A stretch of 64,000 nt of DNA from assembly GCA_964106645.2 (NCBI GenBank), contig OZ067042.1; one strand, 5' to 3'. This document shows, piece after piece, positions 51,467 through 64,000 of the stretch (position 1 is its first letter; every line of letters starts with the position of its first letter). Under the pieces are notes generated by a model. The model saw nothing but the letters and a program-made list of their open reading frames with translations. It ran no database searches and was not told the origin of the DNA. This stretch comes from Podarcis pityusensis. Its lineage: Eukaryota. Both the position numbers and the translations under genes were made by a program.

Positions 51467-52879
51467 TATTTGCTGACTACATTTCAGTGGGATTTACTCC
51501 AGAGCACTACCATTCATTTAGCACTTTTACTAAGATAAACTACAATCAATCAAGATGGATATGCAACAGCAGAAAATGGATAGTTATTTATTTGTTTAAA
51601 GGAAGGATGCTGCAAGGCAAATGTCAGGGATCAAGTAAGTCCAATAAGTTCAGAAGGTAAGCAGCAATGGCATGGCATATTGCATCCTTTCAAAAAGCAG
51701 TTCTATCTATCATTTATGTATCTATTTATCATCAATATATTTATATACCACATCATAACAAAAATCAGAGTGGTTTACAACAGTTATAATAAAACCATAC
51801 AATAAGAATCATATAAAATATTTTAAAATTAGGGATCAGCTAACTATCATGGAAATATGCATTCTAAATTGCTCGCATAAGCCTGATGAAGCCTGACAGA
51901 AGAGTTTACTGCAGGTGTTTAGAAGTTGAAACAGAAGGCGCTTGCTGAATCTCAGTTGGCAGAGTATTCCACAAGGAACACCCTTTATACTTGCCTTTGT
52001 GCTCACTTGTCATAAAATGGGCTATGAACTCAACCTAGAAAAATCACTAAGATAATGTTTTGATCCATAACGTTTGGGATTTGGACTGAATATTTTGCTC
52101 TGTTTTGAAATCCCTGTTCAGCCAAGAACTCCCATAGTGGGTCTGAGGCACAATTCAGAGCTCTAATTCTCCATCTTCAGAGTTTGAAATAATCAATCTG
52201 CCTCCTAGCAGAGGGCTGCAAAGTTGATTTCCATGCTGCAAATGAGAAACACAATCATATATAGCACATCACCAGCAGACAGGTATTGCTGACGAACTAA
52301 TCAAATCAGAAGACAGTGTCAGCTATGAAAGAAAGGCTTAGCTGTGCTGCAAGGATCATTTAGAAATCACAGAACAAAGAAAAGGCAATGCAGCATATTG
52401 AGAGCTACTCTTCGCCCCTGCATTTGGGAAGGGCTTTATGGCAGCCAGTGATCTAATCTGATGTCATCCTGGCACCAAGCTAGAGAATCTTGTTTGTATT
52501 CTCAGACATATAAAAGGTTGTCAATAGGACTGTTTTCAAACAGACAGTGATTAAAAGACTTTGCCTGACTGCTCCTTGGCTACGTGAGGAAGGAAGACAC
52601 TTTGGAACACAGTGGGAGAACAGGAGCCGAGACCACCCAAAACTTGAGGAAGGAAGGTGTGTGCTGTGACTTTACATACATTGAATTCATTTAAGTTTGT
52701 GGCCTGTGAAATGGGATAGTGCTGAGGCATACCCATTTTTAGCTCATTTCATAAGAATGTCCCTTTACTAACAGGATAACATCATGTGCTTAACTGGCAC
52801 TAGCCACATCAGGGGCTTCCCAACTCGACTCCTCCAAAAGTCTGAGCATCTTGTGAAAGCAAGGGAAAGAGCCTTATAC

Positions 52880-53035
52880 ACTTAGGTTGAACACTTCATC
52901 TGCATGCGCGGACTCCTAGCTTCTTTCTAGGTGAGGTTGGGAAAGACCCTCTCTGAAATCCTGGAAAACTACAGCCAGGTACGGTAGGCAAGCTGGATGG
53001 ACGAATAATCTGCCTTGGTATAAGGCAGCTTCCAC
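52880..53035 (+). mobile_element. tRNA-derived squamate SINE (Squam3-like), decayed
   Basis: gggaaagaccct.tctgaaatcctgga...gctggatggac.aataatctg..ttggtataaggcagcttcc tail. Confidence 0.55.
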
Positions 53036-53233
53036 TGTGAGTTTAATGTCTGACTGGCTTCCAAGAATCCTGATTCAGCTGAGAGATGATTGGTATTTTA
53101 ATACAGTTTAGTCCCAGGGAAGCCCTGTTTAGGCATTCAGAATGCAAATTCAATTAATGTACAAGATGGAAACAGAAAGTTCTGCTGCTTCCCCCAGTGG
53201 CTGCTCAATGAACACCTGAACAAAACCTTTGCA

Positions 53234-53236
<3 letters not shown>

Positions 53237-53280
<44 letters not shown>
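53237..53280. repeat. (GT)n microsatellite, one interruption
   Basis: Direct reading. Confidence 0.95.
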
Positions 53281-54672
53281 AGGCTCTGTTCACACTAGTG
53301 GGAAGCTTAACACCAATGGGTGTTCATTCCTATGAACAGAAATACCTCCATATGTACAGCAGCATGTGCAGAGGCTCTATTCAGACATTCAGTAACCTTG
53401 TGTAGGAGGAAGACCCCAGCCTGCCATCCCCGCACATTCACTGAATGCGCAAACTGGAGGAAGAAACTGGAGGAAGAAGAGGGGGGGAAGCACACAGCTA
53501 TAGTAAGAATCTAGGCCTGATTTTTTTTTTTCTTTCACTAATCAGTTTGGTCACAGGGACATTTTCAAATCCCCCTGATGGGTGGGGAAGGGAGACTAAT
53601 CTCCTTTCAGGTGGTGAAGGTTCAATGGAGAAAAGCAAGGGGAAATATCTAATTAAAGTCATTACTTTTATGCTGCTCAGCTCTATTCATCTGGTTGACT
53701 TGACATGGCCTTTTCAACTGTATGGAAAAGGAGAGATTAGAATGAAGAATAATAGGGCAGCTCCTTAGTGAGCAGTTTCCATGAACCAGGAGCTCAACAA
53801 AGTGGCTAATGAGATGTGGGCTTGAATTTCTGGTTTGTTTCTGTTGTTGTGCATTTAGGAGCTTCCTTATTGACATGACAACTACTTACTGTCGCTACTA
53901 GTGTTGCTATCAAGCAGCAACAGAAAGGGATACTTTTCTCTCTTTAGGAAAATTTCAATTACATGCTTCAGATTGCCAAACTTAAGTCTAATAGTGACAA
54001 GCCCGAGGCAATGATCAGCAGGCCCCTCCGTATCCAGAAGGACGTGGGCATCCACTGTATGTGATGTTCAACCTGTTGGTTGCTCAGCTTCACAAGTTAG
54101 GTGCTCTTTGACTTTGAATTGCATTAGTATCCAGAACTGCTTTTCACTGTCTGCTCTTGGTGATAATCCTGAGGCCCTTTTCAAAAAAGTTCTGATCTAG
54201 AGATGATCATCCAAGACTTCTTAAACCTCAAAGCTAGAGCAATGTTTCACTCTATGGTGATGGAGGGTAAGCTTCAGCTAGTGCAAAACTGGTCCTTCCT
54301 CTTGATCAGGGTGGGTCACTATTTCCTCCCATTGATTTTGTGGTTTTGACCATGCAGTTGTTAATGTTCCCTCCACACCCTGCCAACAACCACCAAGCCC
54401 TAGGACTTGTAAAAATAAGCAAGTGAAGTTGTCTTCAGCCAAACACAAAAACATAGAACTCTCTTAATTCAGACAGCCTAGCTCTTGTCTCACAGCATCA
54501 AGTCTGAAAGCTTGCATTAGCACTGCCTGCTGGGTGTACGTGCACTACCAAACCCACTTGTACAGTGCTCTCAGCATAAGAGATCAATAAAAATCAGCTT
54601 TCCATCACAATGCCGGGAAACAAAAGAGCTGAGTCACACTTTGTTAATGTAGCAATCTGATCAGCTTATCTA

Positions 54673-54675
<3 letters not shown>

Positions 54676-54707
<32 letters not shown>
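54676..54707. repeat. (TC)n microsatellite
   Basis: Direct reading. Confidence 0.95.
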
Positions 54708-54709
<2 letters not shown>

Positions 54710-54822
54710 ATATATAAATATATATTATGGCCAAAAATAAGTCTGTAACAGAGACCTTTTCCCATCCTCCCCACTTCATTCCCACAACAGACTAGACTGA
54801 AATATGCATATGAAACAGTTTG

Positions 54823-54880
54823 GCTATGATCATCAGTACTGATTAAATTATTCACTTTAATCAGTACTGATGATCATAGC
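54823..54880. repeat. Perfect 25-bp inverted repeat with 8-nt loop
   Basis: GCTATGATCATCAGTACTGATTAAA-ttattcac-TTTAATCAGTACTGATGATCATAGC. Confidence 0.95.
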
Positions 54881-55132
54881 TTAACTATTTTCTTTAGTCT
54901 TCCAGCCTAATTAATCTCCCATTCACTGGCAGAATACTCAGAACATAATACAGATACGGTATTAGCAGGTCTTACTTGCAAATGTTTACAGGATCAACGA
55001 TTGCTGCCTCATTTGTGTTGAAAATTAGTGTGTGGATCATAAAGTGATACCACAAAATGAGAAACATACACAGGAGTAATTGAAATGGCAGGTTTTACTG
55101 TACCAACTCAATTCAAAATGAGTTTTCAGAAC

Positions 55133-55570
55133 AAGGGATGGCAAATCTGTTTCTGTTTCTCTCAGTTTTTCATTTTTACAATCTTAAATTCAGTTCTCCA
55201 TATTTCCACATCAGCTTGCAATCTTCAGGAAAATTCTTCAGAAAATAATGTTATTTTTTCCATATGCACGCGCGTGCACACACACACACACACACACACA
55301 CGTACAGATAAGCAACTTTGCTTAATACATTTTTGCAAAGCAATTTCTCCTAATATAATGCATTTTGTATGTTATTTTCATAAATGTACGCATAATACCA
55401 ATTTTACCTCAGAATGCACATTTTTGTAGATATTATTTGGCTGGAGAACTGCATTGGAATATTTGAAGGCATGTGAATTTGGAGGCTGCTTGTGCTTCAG
55501 ATCTTGCATTGCTTCGCAAAGTCTGAATTAGGTTGGTTCACCTTCAAATGCAATTAAATTTCTCCTCGGA
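55133..55570. mobile_element. Old non-autonomous DNA-transposon-like repeat (copy 2, inverted relative to copy 1)
   Basis: Contains tggagaactgcattgg and tattttcataaat, the reverse complements of blocks in 1671-2073. Starts AGGGATGG and holds an internal (CA)n. Confidence 0.55.
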
Positions 55571-57444
55571 TTCAAAACATAGGCAGCGTTATTGTAGGGC
55601 AGGGCAAAAAGAGAAAGACAGTCTGTTCTCTGGGAAAAATCAACTTTCTCCGAGCTGGCAGACGACCACGGGTAGTTCTAGGTGGTTTTTACAAGTGGAA
55701 ACGAGGTTGGGCAGATTAACATTTTTCATGTGAGATAAAACTTGCTGGCCTGGAATCCACTTGTGCTTTATTGAACATCCCCCACTCCACAATTTCTGTA
55801 GTGCCAACACAGGCTAGATATGCCACTCCAACAACCAGCGTGTCAAATCACTAGACTTGGCTTGAGTTCATATCTCTCTAAGTCCTGCAAAGGCAATGTA
55901 GCAAATCTACCAGCAAAATGAAAATGCAGTGTCTTTTCCGTAAGGCACTCTTCTAGTTACATTTTTAGGTCATAGGAAAGAAATGTGCAAGTAAATGCCA
56001 ACTCTACTGCAAGGAATCATGGTTCAAAGCACAGATATAAAGCAAGTCAGGAAGAAAAGGCTGCGTTGCTCGATTGGCCATAGGTAAAGCTGCCACCTGT
56101 TACAATTAAGCAGAAAAAAGCCCACTTGGGATGTCAGCCCAACAGGCTACAAAAGAAGTAGGATAAAGTAGTCTAAAGTATTCTAGGTAGAAGCAGGCTT
56201 CCTACAACTTGTGGATGAGTCCTCTGACATTCATAATCATAAACTGAATGGTCAAGAATTACATTGAACAACATTTTGCTCTACCAAGATTTGGATTCAG
56301 TAAAAACCCATTTGACTATTAGCCTGGACAACCTTCTACTCTGTCCCCATGGATCTTGAGTCTATAGTCACAGATAAATATTATTCAGGGCCAGCTTTTA
56401 GCAACATTGCAAGCAAGATTTGGTAATTGAAGCAAAGTTCTTTAAATGAAATAGTTTGTCTTTTACGTTTCACTAAACTTTCAGCCTTGTTAAAGCTGTC
56501 AGGAGCATTTAGGTTGCTCATACATTCTCACTAAATTTTTTTAGCAATGGTATTTGGCAACTACTCTTGCAACTTCAGGTCATCCCATGTTTCTCTCCAT
56601 CAGGCCACTGGAATCACTGATGAGACTAGCTGTGGACTTCCAAGATTCTTCAAATATAATCCCCAGAACCATGAAAACTATAAATATTTTTAGTAAAATC
56701 TGAACCACTCACGAAATGTGGAAACTGATATGTGGAACACAGAGAACTTTGTTCATAATTCAGTCTAGATTGGTCTTCTTTAAGTTCAAAATAGAGGATC
56801 ACCAACACAGAAATCCTGAAGTTAAAACACATGTAGATCTGATTCACATCCAGCTCCTGCAATCCATGTATTCCAATAATTAAGCACACCTGTCCAGACC
56901 ACAACACCATGTAATTACAGGATGGGAATGCACAATTCTGAGAATGATTTTTAAAAGCAGGCGACAACCTGCCCATGGACATTTACCTGTTGAGAGATGA
57001 TCATAGTAAATGATATTGTGCCCCCCCCCAAAAAAATCTATGTTCTCACCTGGTAGTACCCTAATTACCTGTTATATTTTAGTGTCTCTCTTTTTTTTGT
57101 CTGCCAGGGAAGAACATCCTGATCTTTTCAAGTAATACTTTAGTAGGGAAGAATTCTTTATTTGTGAGGTTGCTGAGTTTTAGTGTGCCAAGTAATTTTC
57201 AGTCTATAGAACCATAAAGAAGGTGACAGCTTGTCACCAGGAGCCAGTTATGTAGTGCATTTGATTTTACAAAGTACAAGAAAAGTTAATCCTTTGTTAT
57301 CAAAGCTTAATTTGCTTGGAAGTTGTATCCCAGGATAACAGGAAGCTGGATGCACCACTTTGATTCTGCTGATGTCACCAATATGAAGAGAATGCTGCTT
57401 TGTGTGAAGAGAAAGACTAAAATATAACCTTCTGGAGTGGGCAG

Positions 57445-57615
57445 AACTGTTTCTTAGTGGGAGAGTACATGCTTTGCATGTAGAAAGTCCCATGTCCAAT
57501 CCCTGGCATCAGAGGAAGCAGATGAAGTAGAAGTCTGAAAGACCTCTACCTGAAACTTCCAGTCAGAATATAAAATAGTGGACTAGATGAAGCAATAGTT
57601 TGACCCAGTACAATG
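57445..57615 (+). mobile_element. tRNA-derived squamate SINE (Squam3-like), decayed
   Basis: agtgggagagtacatgctttgcatgtagaaagtcccatgtccaatccctggcatc head; gactagatg...aatagtttgacccagta tail. Confidence 0.55.
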
Positions 57616-59064
57616 CGGGCAGCCCAGTCCTACACACTGCTGTGTATCACAGTGTAAAATCCAACTCTATTCCCTAGCAATGATACAATGGACCCAGAAA
57701 AAAGGTTCCTGCTAGTGTTCCTGAAGGCTATACTATCATATCCCATGCTGTGATAGTGACCAATACCTTGGGTATGCTGCTGCAATGACTACTCTCTTCC
57801 CTTACTGTTGTGCCTCTTTTATCCTTGACCACCCTACTCTTTAACTATGGTTAATTGAAACAAACCAATTTCCAAAAAAAAATCCATCAAACCACAGTTA
57901 ACAATAATCACAGTTCAGGATTCTGGATTCAGACAACACAAGCAGCTGTTCTTAATCTGAAACAAGACCAAAAGTTTCCAAATTCCATCTTTGTAGTTGC
58001 ACTGGAGGAGGGGAAGTACATGAGCCCAAGGCCCATTCCTGCAGTATGAAGCCCTAGTTTTATCTGAATGAGACCTATGTGATCATACACAGGAGACAGA
58101 TACGCATCAATAAACCCTTTAATTCACCATTATAATTCTGGGGGACACACCTGTTCAGGCTGTGGAATTTCAAGTTCTTCAAATTCAGTAGGATATTTGT
58201 CCAAGAATGACACAAGTCCACAATTAACACGAAAGTTGCTTTTAAGTTATATTCCAAATATGCAAGAAGAAAAGCTAATTGGGGAGCTTCTTGTAGTTGC
58301 ACTGATATTTTCAGAGGAAAAAGCCAAACATAAGCATAAACTAACCCAGGAATTATCAGCTAAAATTCTAATGCTCTTAGCAGATGCTGGATATTTTTGT
58401 TCTGGAACTAGCTTGGCAACATCCACTTATTTCTCTTTAACTACAAACAAGCCGCAAGCCAATCTTTACTGCTTTTTGCTGTCCTTTTTGTGCTGCTGCC
58501 AAATACTCACATTATTCCCTCTACCTCCCTTAAGTCATCCAACTGACACACAAAATAATTTGAGGGTTGTTGTTTTTCTTCCACTGAAATCATCAAAAGC
58601 AAACACTTCACACTGACACTTCACACTCAAAAAGAAAGGTTTTGCATATGCTTTCACTGCCTCAAGTGTCTGGAAATGAAATTGTCAAACTGTCTTGTTA
58701 CTGAAGAAAAACAATACATGAAAGGGAATACATCTGTTTCTCGATCCCCAACTCAGTGAACCGAAAGAAGAAAATAATTGCATTATATACATGCCCTTTT
58801 TCTGTCATTAGAGATGCTGCACAGAGAAGGAATTGTACTACTTTCCCTGCATATGCAGATGTAAATCTACTGCACAATAATCCACATTATATGGCAGGCT
58901 CTCTTTTTAATTTAGCATATGGTCCTGGCTGCTAGGCAGAGTGTTAAATCACCTGCTTGCTATTGATGCCCAGAAGCTGATCCGGGAGCTGGTGGTTAGC
59001 TGGTATATTTTAGCAGAGCGGTTTCAGAACACATGTCTTTGCATGCGTTAGGTCTAAAAGCACA

Positions 59065-59181
59065 CCCTATATTACTTCATCTGCAAAAAAAATTACCTTG
59101 TTAAACTACTGGAAAATGCCACGCCCTATATTACTTCATCTGCAAAACAATTACCTTGTTAAACTACTGGAAAATGCCACG
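59065..59181. repeat. Tandem duplication of a 58-59 bp unit
   Basis: Two near-identical copies of ccctatattacttcatctgcaaaa..aattaccttgttaaactactggaaaatgccacg, differing only in the A-run. Confidence 0.95.
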
Positions 59182-59621
59182 CCTTCAAACTGTTCAAAAA
59201 GACAAGAGACCATTCACACCAGAACCATTTATACTGCAGCTCCACATTCATTCATTCATTCATTTGAAAGTACCAATATTATCAGTGAACAATCAAACTG
59301 GTAGCACTGTACCTACGTGTTTCCAAGTGAAAAATGTGGAATAAACTGTTTTTTTGCCTACACTTTAATTACGTCCCACCGGTGGTATTCCTCCCAGTGC
59401 AATAAGAATTATTTTTTAAAGACCTGAACTCAAAAACTTAAATCCATCACTATCCAGTGTGTCATCTTAATAAATACATCACATTATGAAACTTTCCCTT
59501 TTTTGTGGGAAGAAACAACTGTTTCTCAGAGCTTCATATTTCAAGAGGACAAGTTGGAGCAAAGCAGGTTTCAGCTGAAAGAAAAGCAGTTTATCCAAGG
59601 GAGTTGTGGGATCTCCTCAGG

Positions 59622-59820
59622 AAATATACAAAGCTGTCTTATACAAATCCAGCTGCCTGCCTAATCCACCTTTGCCTTTTCTGACCATGTAGGCTTCCAG
59701 GGTCTGAAGCAGAGGTCTTTCCCCAACACACACTATCTGATACTTTTACTAAAGTGACCAGGGATTGAACCTGGGGTCTTCTGCATGCAATACATGTGCT
59801 CAACTACCAACCTATAGTTC
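59622..59820 (-). mobile_element. tRNA-derived squamate SINE (Squam3-like), decayed
   Basis: Plus-strand ccagggattgaacctggggtcttctgcatgcaatacatgtgctc is the reverse complement of the SINE tRNA head. Confidence 0.55.
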
Positions 59821-59956
59821 ATCCTTCCCTAGTAATATTTCAATAAGAAGTTGTAGGAAACTGCTTATGTCCAAGGAATTTTGTTGTTGAATGAATTGGT
59901 CCAGATGGCCAATATATAGTATATAGCCAGGCCAAGTTGAATTTTCCCATTAAGCC

Positions 59957-60068
59957 AGCCTTCACCAACCTGGTGCCCTCCACCTGTTTTAGACTACAGT
60001 TCCCATCATCCCTGGTCACTGACAACTGTAGTCCAAAACAGCTGGAAAGCACCAGGTTGGCAAAGGAT
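59957..60068. mobile_element. Decayed palindromic hAT-type MITE
   Basis: cagccttcaccaacctggtgccctcca...gactacagttcccatcatccc...gtagtccaaaacagctgga.agcaccaggttggcaaagg. Confidence 0.7.
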
Positions 60069-62447
60069 GTAATAAGCTTTCAAGTCAGAAATATCAATAC
60101 ATAGTAATTCATCTGAAAACATAAAATGATTCTAGATTCCTCCTGAGATAATCTCACAGGAACGCTACACTTTTGTAGTACAGCTCCCTGAAATGAGAAA
60201 TCATCATCATAGCTACAAAAACTAAGCAAATGACAGGCCTGACCTGACACTTGACTTTTGTACTCATATTTTAAGCAAACTCTAGGTGCAATGCAAAAGA
60301 AAACTCTTGAATGCTGAAAGCAACCAGATTCTGGACTCCATAACTATAGTTATCAGGCATTTTTGGAACTTCATTGTAACAACCTGCCTGCTCCGTAACA
60401 CTGAGAATAGAACCCTGTGCCCTGCTACCTAGGACTAAGTGTCATTGAGCTGTATTAGATTTATTTCTGAGCAGACATAGGCTTGCACTGCAACTCATAC
60501 ATCTAGATTAGAAAGCATCACAAGAGGAAAACAGGAGTGAGAAGAGTACAGCATAACAAATTTGCTTCTAGATCAGTGGTTTTCAAGTAGTGTGTAGTGG
60601 TACCCTGGGGTGCCTTGAATGATGGTCAGGGCAACACTGGCCTCTGTCCCTCTTTCCTTCCCTCCCTCCTCTGATGCCTTCTCACATCTCTGCCTCCCAA
60701 AGGCTTGCACAGCTGTTTATTGCAGCAGCCCTGGCTATAAGCTCTGCAAGCAAGGTCTTCCACTACAGTAGTGGGGCTTTGTACCCCCCCCTCCTCTCCC
60801 TGTTTGCCCCACTCCCAAATTGGCTCTGGAAGCCCCCAGAACAGCACCCAGGGGGAGGAGAGGGGAGATTCCTCCATCTGGCAAACTGAAATGCTTGTGC
60901 TGATGCAACAATCTCCTTAGCACTACAATGAATTCTTCCCAAGTGATCAACCACCACACTGGTTTGGCTAGTTCTGTTTGAAGAATGAACTTTCCATTCA
61001 AATGATATTATGTGTGCCGTTCAGACCTTGGCAAAGATACCTAGATTGTACAACAAATCAGCAAATACACTTTACAAACTCTGGCACTTGTAATGGGAAT
61101 GTGGTAGGTACTTCTCTAATAAGCAGAGACATGCATACATTCTGCACTATGCCTGAACAAATAAAGCTTACAATATCTGAGCCAAAAGGGAAACGTGATC
61201 ACGTTAGGCACACCTGTTCATCAACTTGAAACCTGCCCAGCTACCATCATACAATCTTACAAATCTGAACAGGGGATGGTGGTGGTATGAAGAAATTATG
61301 CACAAATTATTCATGTGGTGAACCCTTGCCGTAGCCATTCCATCTCTGATCTATCCATGCTTCTCCTAAAGGGAAACTCTTACAATATCTTTAAAAAGCA
61401 TGCCTCAGAACTAGAGTTTCTAACATGGCTTAATTTGCAGAATAATTGGCTGAATAAATAAAAACAGTTTGCTGGTCAAAATGCAGGCTGCAACTCACTG
61501 CTGGTTAACACCAAGGGTAAAGAATGTTTTCATTTGGTATAAGATTTGATGAAGGGATTACTGTATTTCATTCCATTTTCAAAGACAGTCAGTAAACCTT
61601 GCTCCATATATAAATTGAGCTGTAAATATAATCCAATTTTAACTACTGCATATGTTGAAAACTTGCCTGTCCTTTCAACAGCAGCAGTCAGTTCAAACCT
61701 AATCATGTTCAAGCTACGGCACTTGATCAGTCATCCCAAGACATGCAGATCAGACATGTCTATTGCAGAGGACAAGGGGGGTTACTTAACAGTTGCTATA
61801 CCTATAAAAAGTGCTTTCCTTTCTGCTAAGTCCGTAATGGCAACCAGATCTACCAATTCAAAACAAGAACAGTATGTACTTGCACAGAGAAACCGAGTAC
61901 TCCTGTTAAGAATGTAACAACCCATATGAGACACACGCCTAGCTTAGTCCAACAAAACTTCCCTAATTTGTTTCCTGTTTGAATAAATCAAGAATAACAT
62001 CCTGTACGCTGTTTAAACTATACCGTATTGTGAGACAATTTACATAGCAGGGCAGGCTCAATCGGGACGGACCTTGACCATTTTCAGAGCTCTGATGTAT
62101 TTGTAACTCCATTTGTATTCTCCAGATGAAATGTCTCCGCAGCCCAGAAAAGCTATAGTTTCCTCAAGAACAGAACGGAACAGCTAGTCCTTTGGAGTGG
62201 CTGCTCTCCCTCTGGCTCTTTCCCTTTCCCTTGGCGAGCTGCTCAGCTCTGGGGAGGTGTGGCCATGTCAGGCAGGGTGTGCCGCTGCTGCTCCCAAGTA
62301 ACGTTAAAAGCACAGCAAAGATTCTATGCCCTTTACAAATCTTAGTCATCCTGATCACTGATGCAGAGAACACCTTTGGAATGAATTAACATTTTGATGA
62401 GTTAACATTTTGCTATTTGCACACAGAACGCTAACAGCTAAAGGAAG

Positions 62448-63627
62448 CACCCGCATGGCCCCACAGTATGCCAACATCTTCATGGCAGATTTAGAACAAC
62501 GTTTCCTAAACTCCTACCCACTCAAACCTCTCTTGTACCTACGATACATTGACGATATTTTTATCATCTGGACACATGGTCAACAGACCCTGGACACCTT
62601 TCACCAGAAATTCAATGATTTTCACCCCACAATCAACCTTACAATGAATCAATCTATGCAAGAAATACATTTTTTGGACACTACTATAAAAATACAGGAT
62701 GGACACATAGACACCACCTTATACCGTAAACCAACTGACCGACAAACATATCTACATGCCTCTAGCTACCATCCCAAACATACCAAACAGTCCATTGTAT
62801 ATAGCCAGGCACTACGTTACAGCCGCATCTGTTCCAATTCTACAGACAGAGACTCTCACCTAAGAGATCTACAGCAAACCTTCTCAGAACTAAAATACCC
62901 AGCAGATGAAGTTAGACAACAGATCAACAGAGCCAGACTGATACCCAGAGAGAACTTGCTGCAAGACAGACCCAAAAAAGAAAATAACAGAACACCACTA
63001 GTCATCACATACAGCTCCCAAGTTAAAACAGTTCAACGCATCATCAGAGATCTACAACCTCTCCTGGACAATGACAGTTCTCTTTCTCAAGCTCTGGGAG
63101 GAAGACCTTTCATTGCCTACAGACAGCCACCCAATCTTAAACAACTCCTAACCCACAATAATACTACAACCAGACTTAACACGGACACTGGCACCAGAGC
63201 CTGCAATAAACCCAGATGCCAACTTTGCTGCCACATACACCCGGACAACACCATTACTGGCCCCAACAACATCACACATACCATCTCAGGACTATTTAAT
63301 TGCTCATCGTCTAACATTGTGTATGCCATCAAATGCCAACAGTGTCCTTCAGCTCTCTATATTGGACAAACAGGCCAAACCTTACGCCAAAGAATAAACG
63401 GACATAAATCTGACATCAAGAATCACAAAACAGAGAAACCAGTAGGAGAACACTTCAATCTCCCAGGACATTCTATACAAGATCTCAAAGTAGCTGTTTT
63501 ACTACAAAGGAATTTCAGAAATAGACTGGAAAGAGAAGCTGCTGAATTACAACTCATTACCAAACTTAAAACAATGGAGAAACCTGGTCTGAACAGAGAC
63601 ATCGGATTCTTATCTCATTATACATGA
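62448..63627 (+). CDS. Penelope-like element ORF C-terminal part: reverse transcriptase + Cys-rich linker + GIY-YIG endonuclease (5'-truncated)
   Basis: RT motifs: TRMAPQYANIFM, LRYIDDIFIIW (catalytic YIDD), IHFLD, LYRKPTD..YLHASSYHP. Linker: CNKPRCQLCCH. GIY-YIG: NIVYAIKCQQC..LYIGQT..LRQRINGH..HFN..H..RLEREA..GLN. The first about 12 codons of the 62410 ORF call are flanking host DNA. Confidence 0.92.
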
Positions 63628-63807
63628 CTAAGCCATTTCTCACCTTCTCACCCCTTGCCTTTTCCTGTAAGACCTATTACAGTCGTTAAGAGTCGTCAAC
63701 AGGCTCATCCCAGCTATCTGCCAATCTCCGATTCCCACCACCCTTCTAAGTAATACCCCTCCCCACCTTCTCAATATATAGAAGGATCTGGTAACTTCTG
63801 TTTCAGT

Positions 63808-63845
63808 GTATCTGAAGAAGTGTGCATGCACACGAAAGCTTATAC
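63808..63845 (+). ncRNA. Minimal type I hammerhead ribozyme motif in the Penelope pLTR
   Basis: Reads GTAT-CTGAAGA-A-GTGTG CATG CACAC-GAAA-GC-TT-ATAC. It has stem I GTAT/ATAC, core CUGAnGA, palindromic stem II, GAAA, a palindromic AAGCTT in place of stem III, and a predicted CUU cleavage triplet. Confidence 0.8.
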
Positions 63846-64000
63846 CAAGAACTAACTCAGTTGGTCTTTAAAGTGCTACAGGAAGGAATTTTTTTATTTC
63901 AGCTAAAGGAAGGACAGGCAAATTGCATTAGGAGAATGACAACCGATAAACCTCCATTCACCAGCACGAGGAAATAGCACAAACTTGTTGATATTGATCA

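Larger units (their letters stand above)
62448..63899 (+). mobile_element. Penelope-like retroelement (probably Neptune group), 5'-truncated, young
   Basis: Contains an uninterrupted RT-thumb-endonuclease ORF and a 3' pLTR with a hammerhead motif. It is flanked by a perfect 13-bp target-site duplication CAGCTAAAGGAAG (62435-62447 and 63900-63912). Confidence 0.93.

Noticed and set aside
59065-59181. CRISPR-like array
   Set aside because: There are only two adjacent copies with no spacers, in eukaryotic DNA.
309-62389. Remaining short ORFs (60-145 aa) in the six-frame track
   Set aside because: They show no domain motifs, many start at non-ATG codons, and their lengths are as expected by chance in AT-rich intronic DNA.
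62410-62447. N-terminal 12 codons of the 405-aa ORF as a true start or host-TE fusion gene
   Set aside because: It begins at a TTG in flanking DNA and runs through the TSD. This is chance in-frame read-through into a 5'-truncated element.

Overview
This is AT-rich vertebrate genomic DNA. The repeat content points to a squamate reptile, probably a lacertid lizard (inference). The window covers the 5' regulatory and first-intron region of ABLIM1 (actin-binding LIM protein 1) on the minus strand. Two alternative coding first exons are recognisable: a 244-nt exon encoding the 81-aa long N-terminus (41523-41280) and a 16-nt micro first exon encoding MVKEK (28999-28984). Both end in phase-1 GT donors. 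The common LIM-domain exon 2 was not found and presumably lies beyond position 1. The rest is intronic or upstream DNA carrying transposons: a young 5'-truncated Penelope-like retroelement (RT + GIY-YIG, 13-bp TSD) ending in a minimal hammerhead ribozyme, an L2 LINE 3' end, two RTE-clade LINE fragments (one interrupted by a solo LTR), Tc1/mariner- and hAT-type MITEs, tRNA-derived SINEs and microsatellites. The most notable observations are three Penelope-type minimal hammerhead motifs (one in the ABLIM1 sense orientation inside the intron), a possible dual first/cassette use of the long ABLIM1 exon, a CRX/OTX + MEF2-like motif cluster upstream of that exon, and two perfect 23-25 bp hairpins. 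No clearly new biological system could be demonstrated from sequence alone. Gene and repeat-family assignments come from recall, not database searches.
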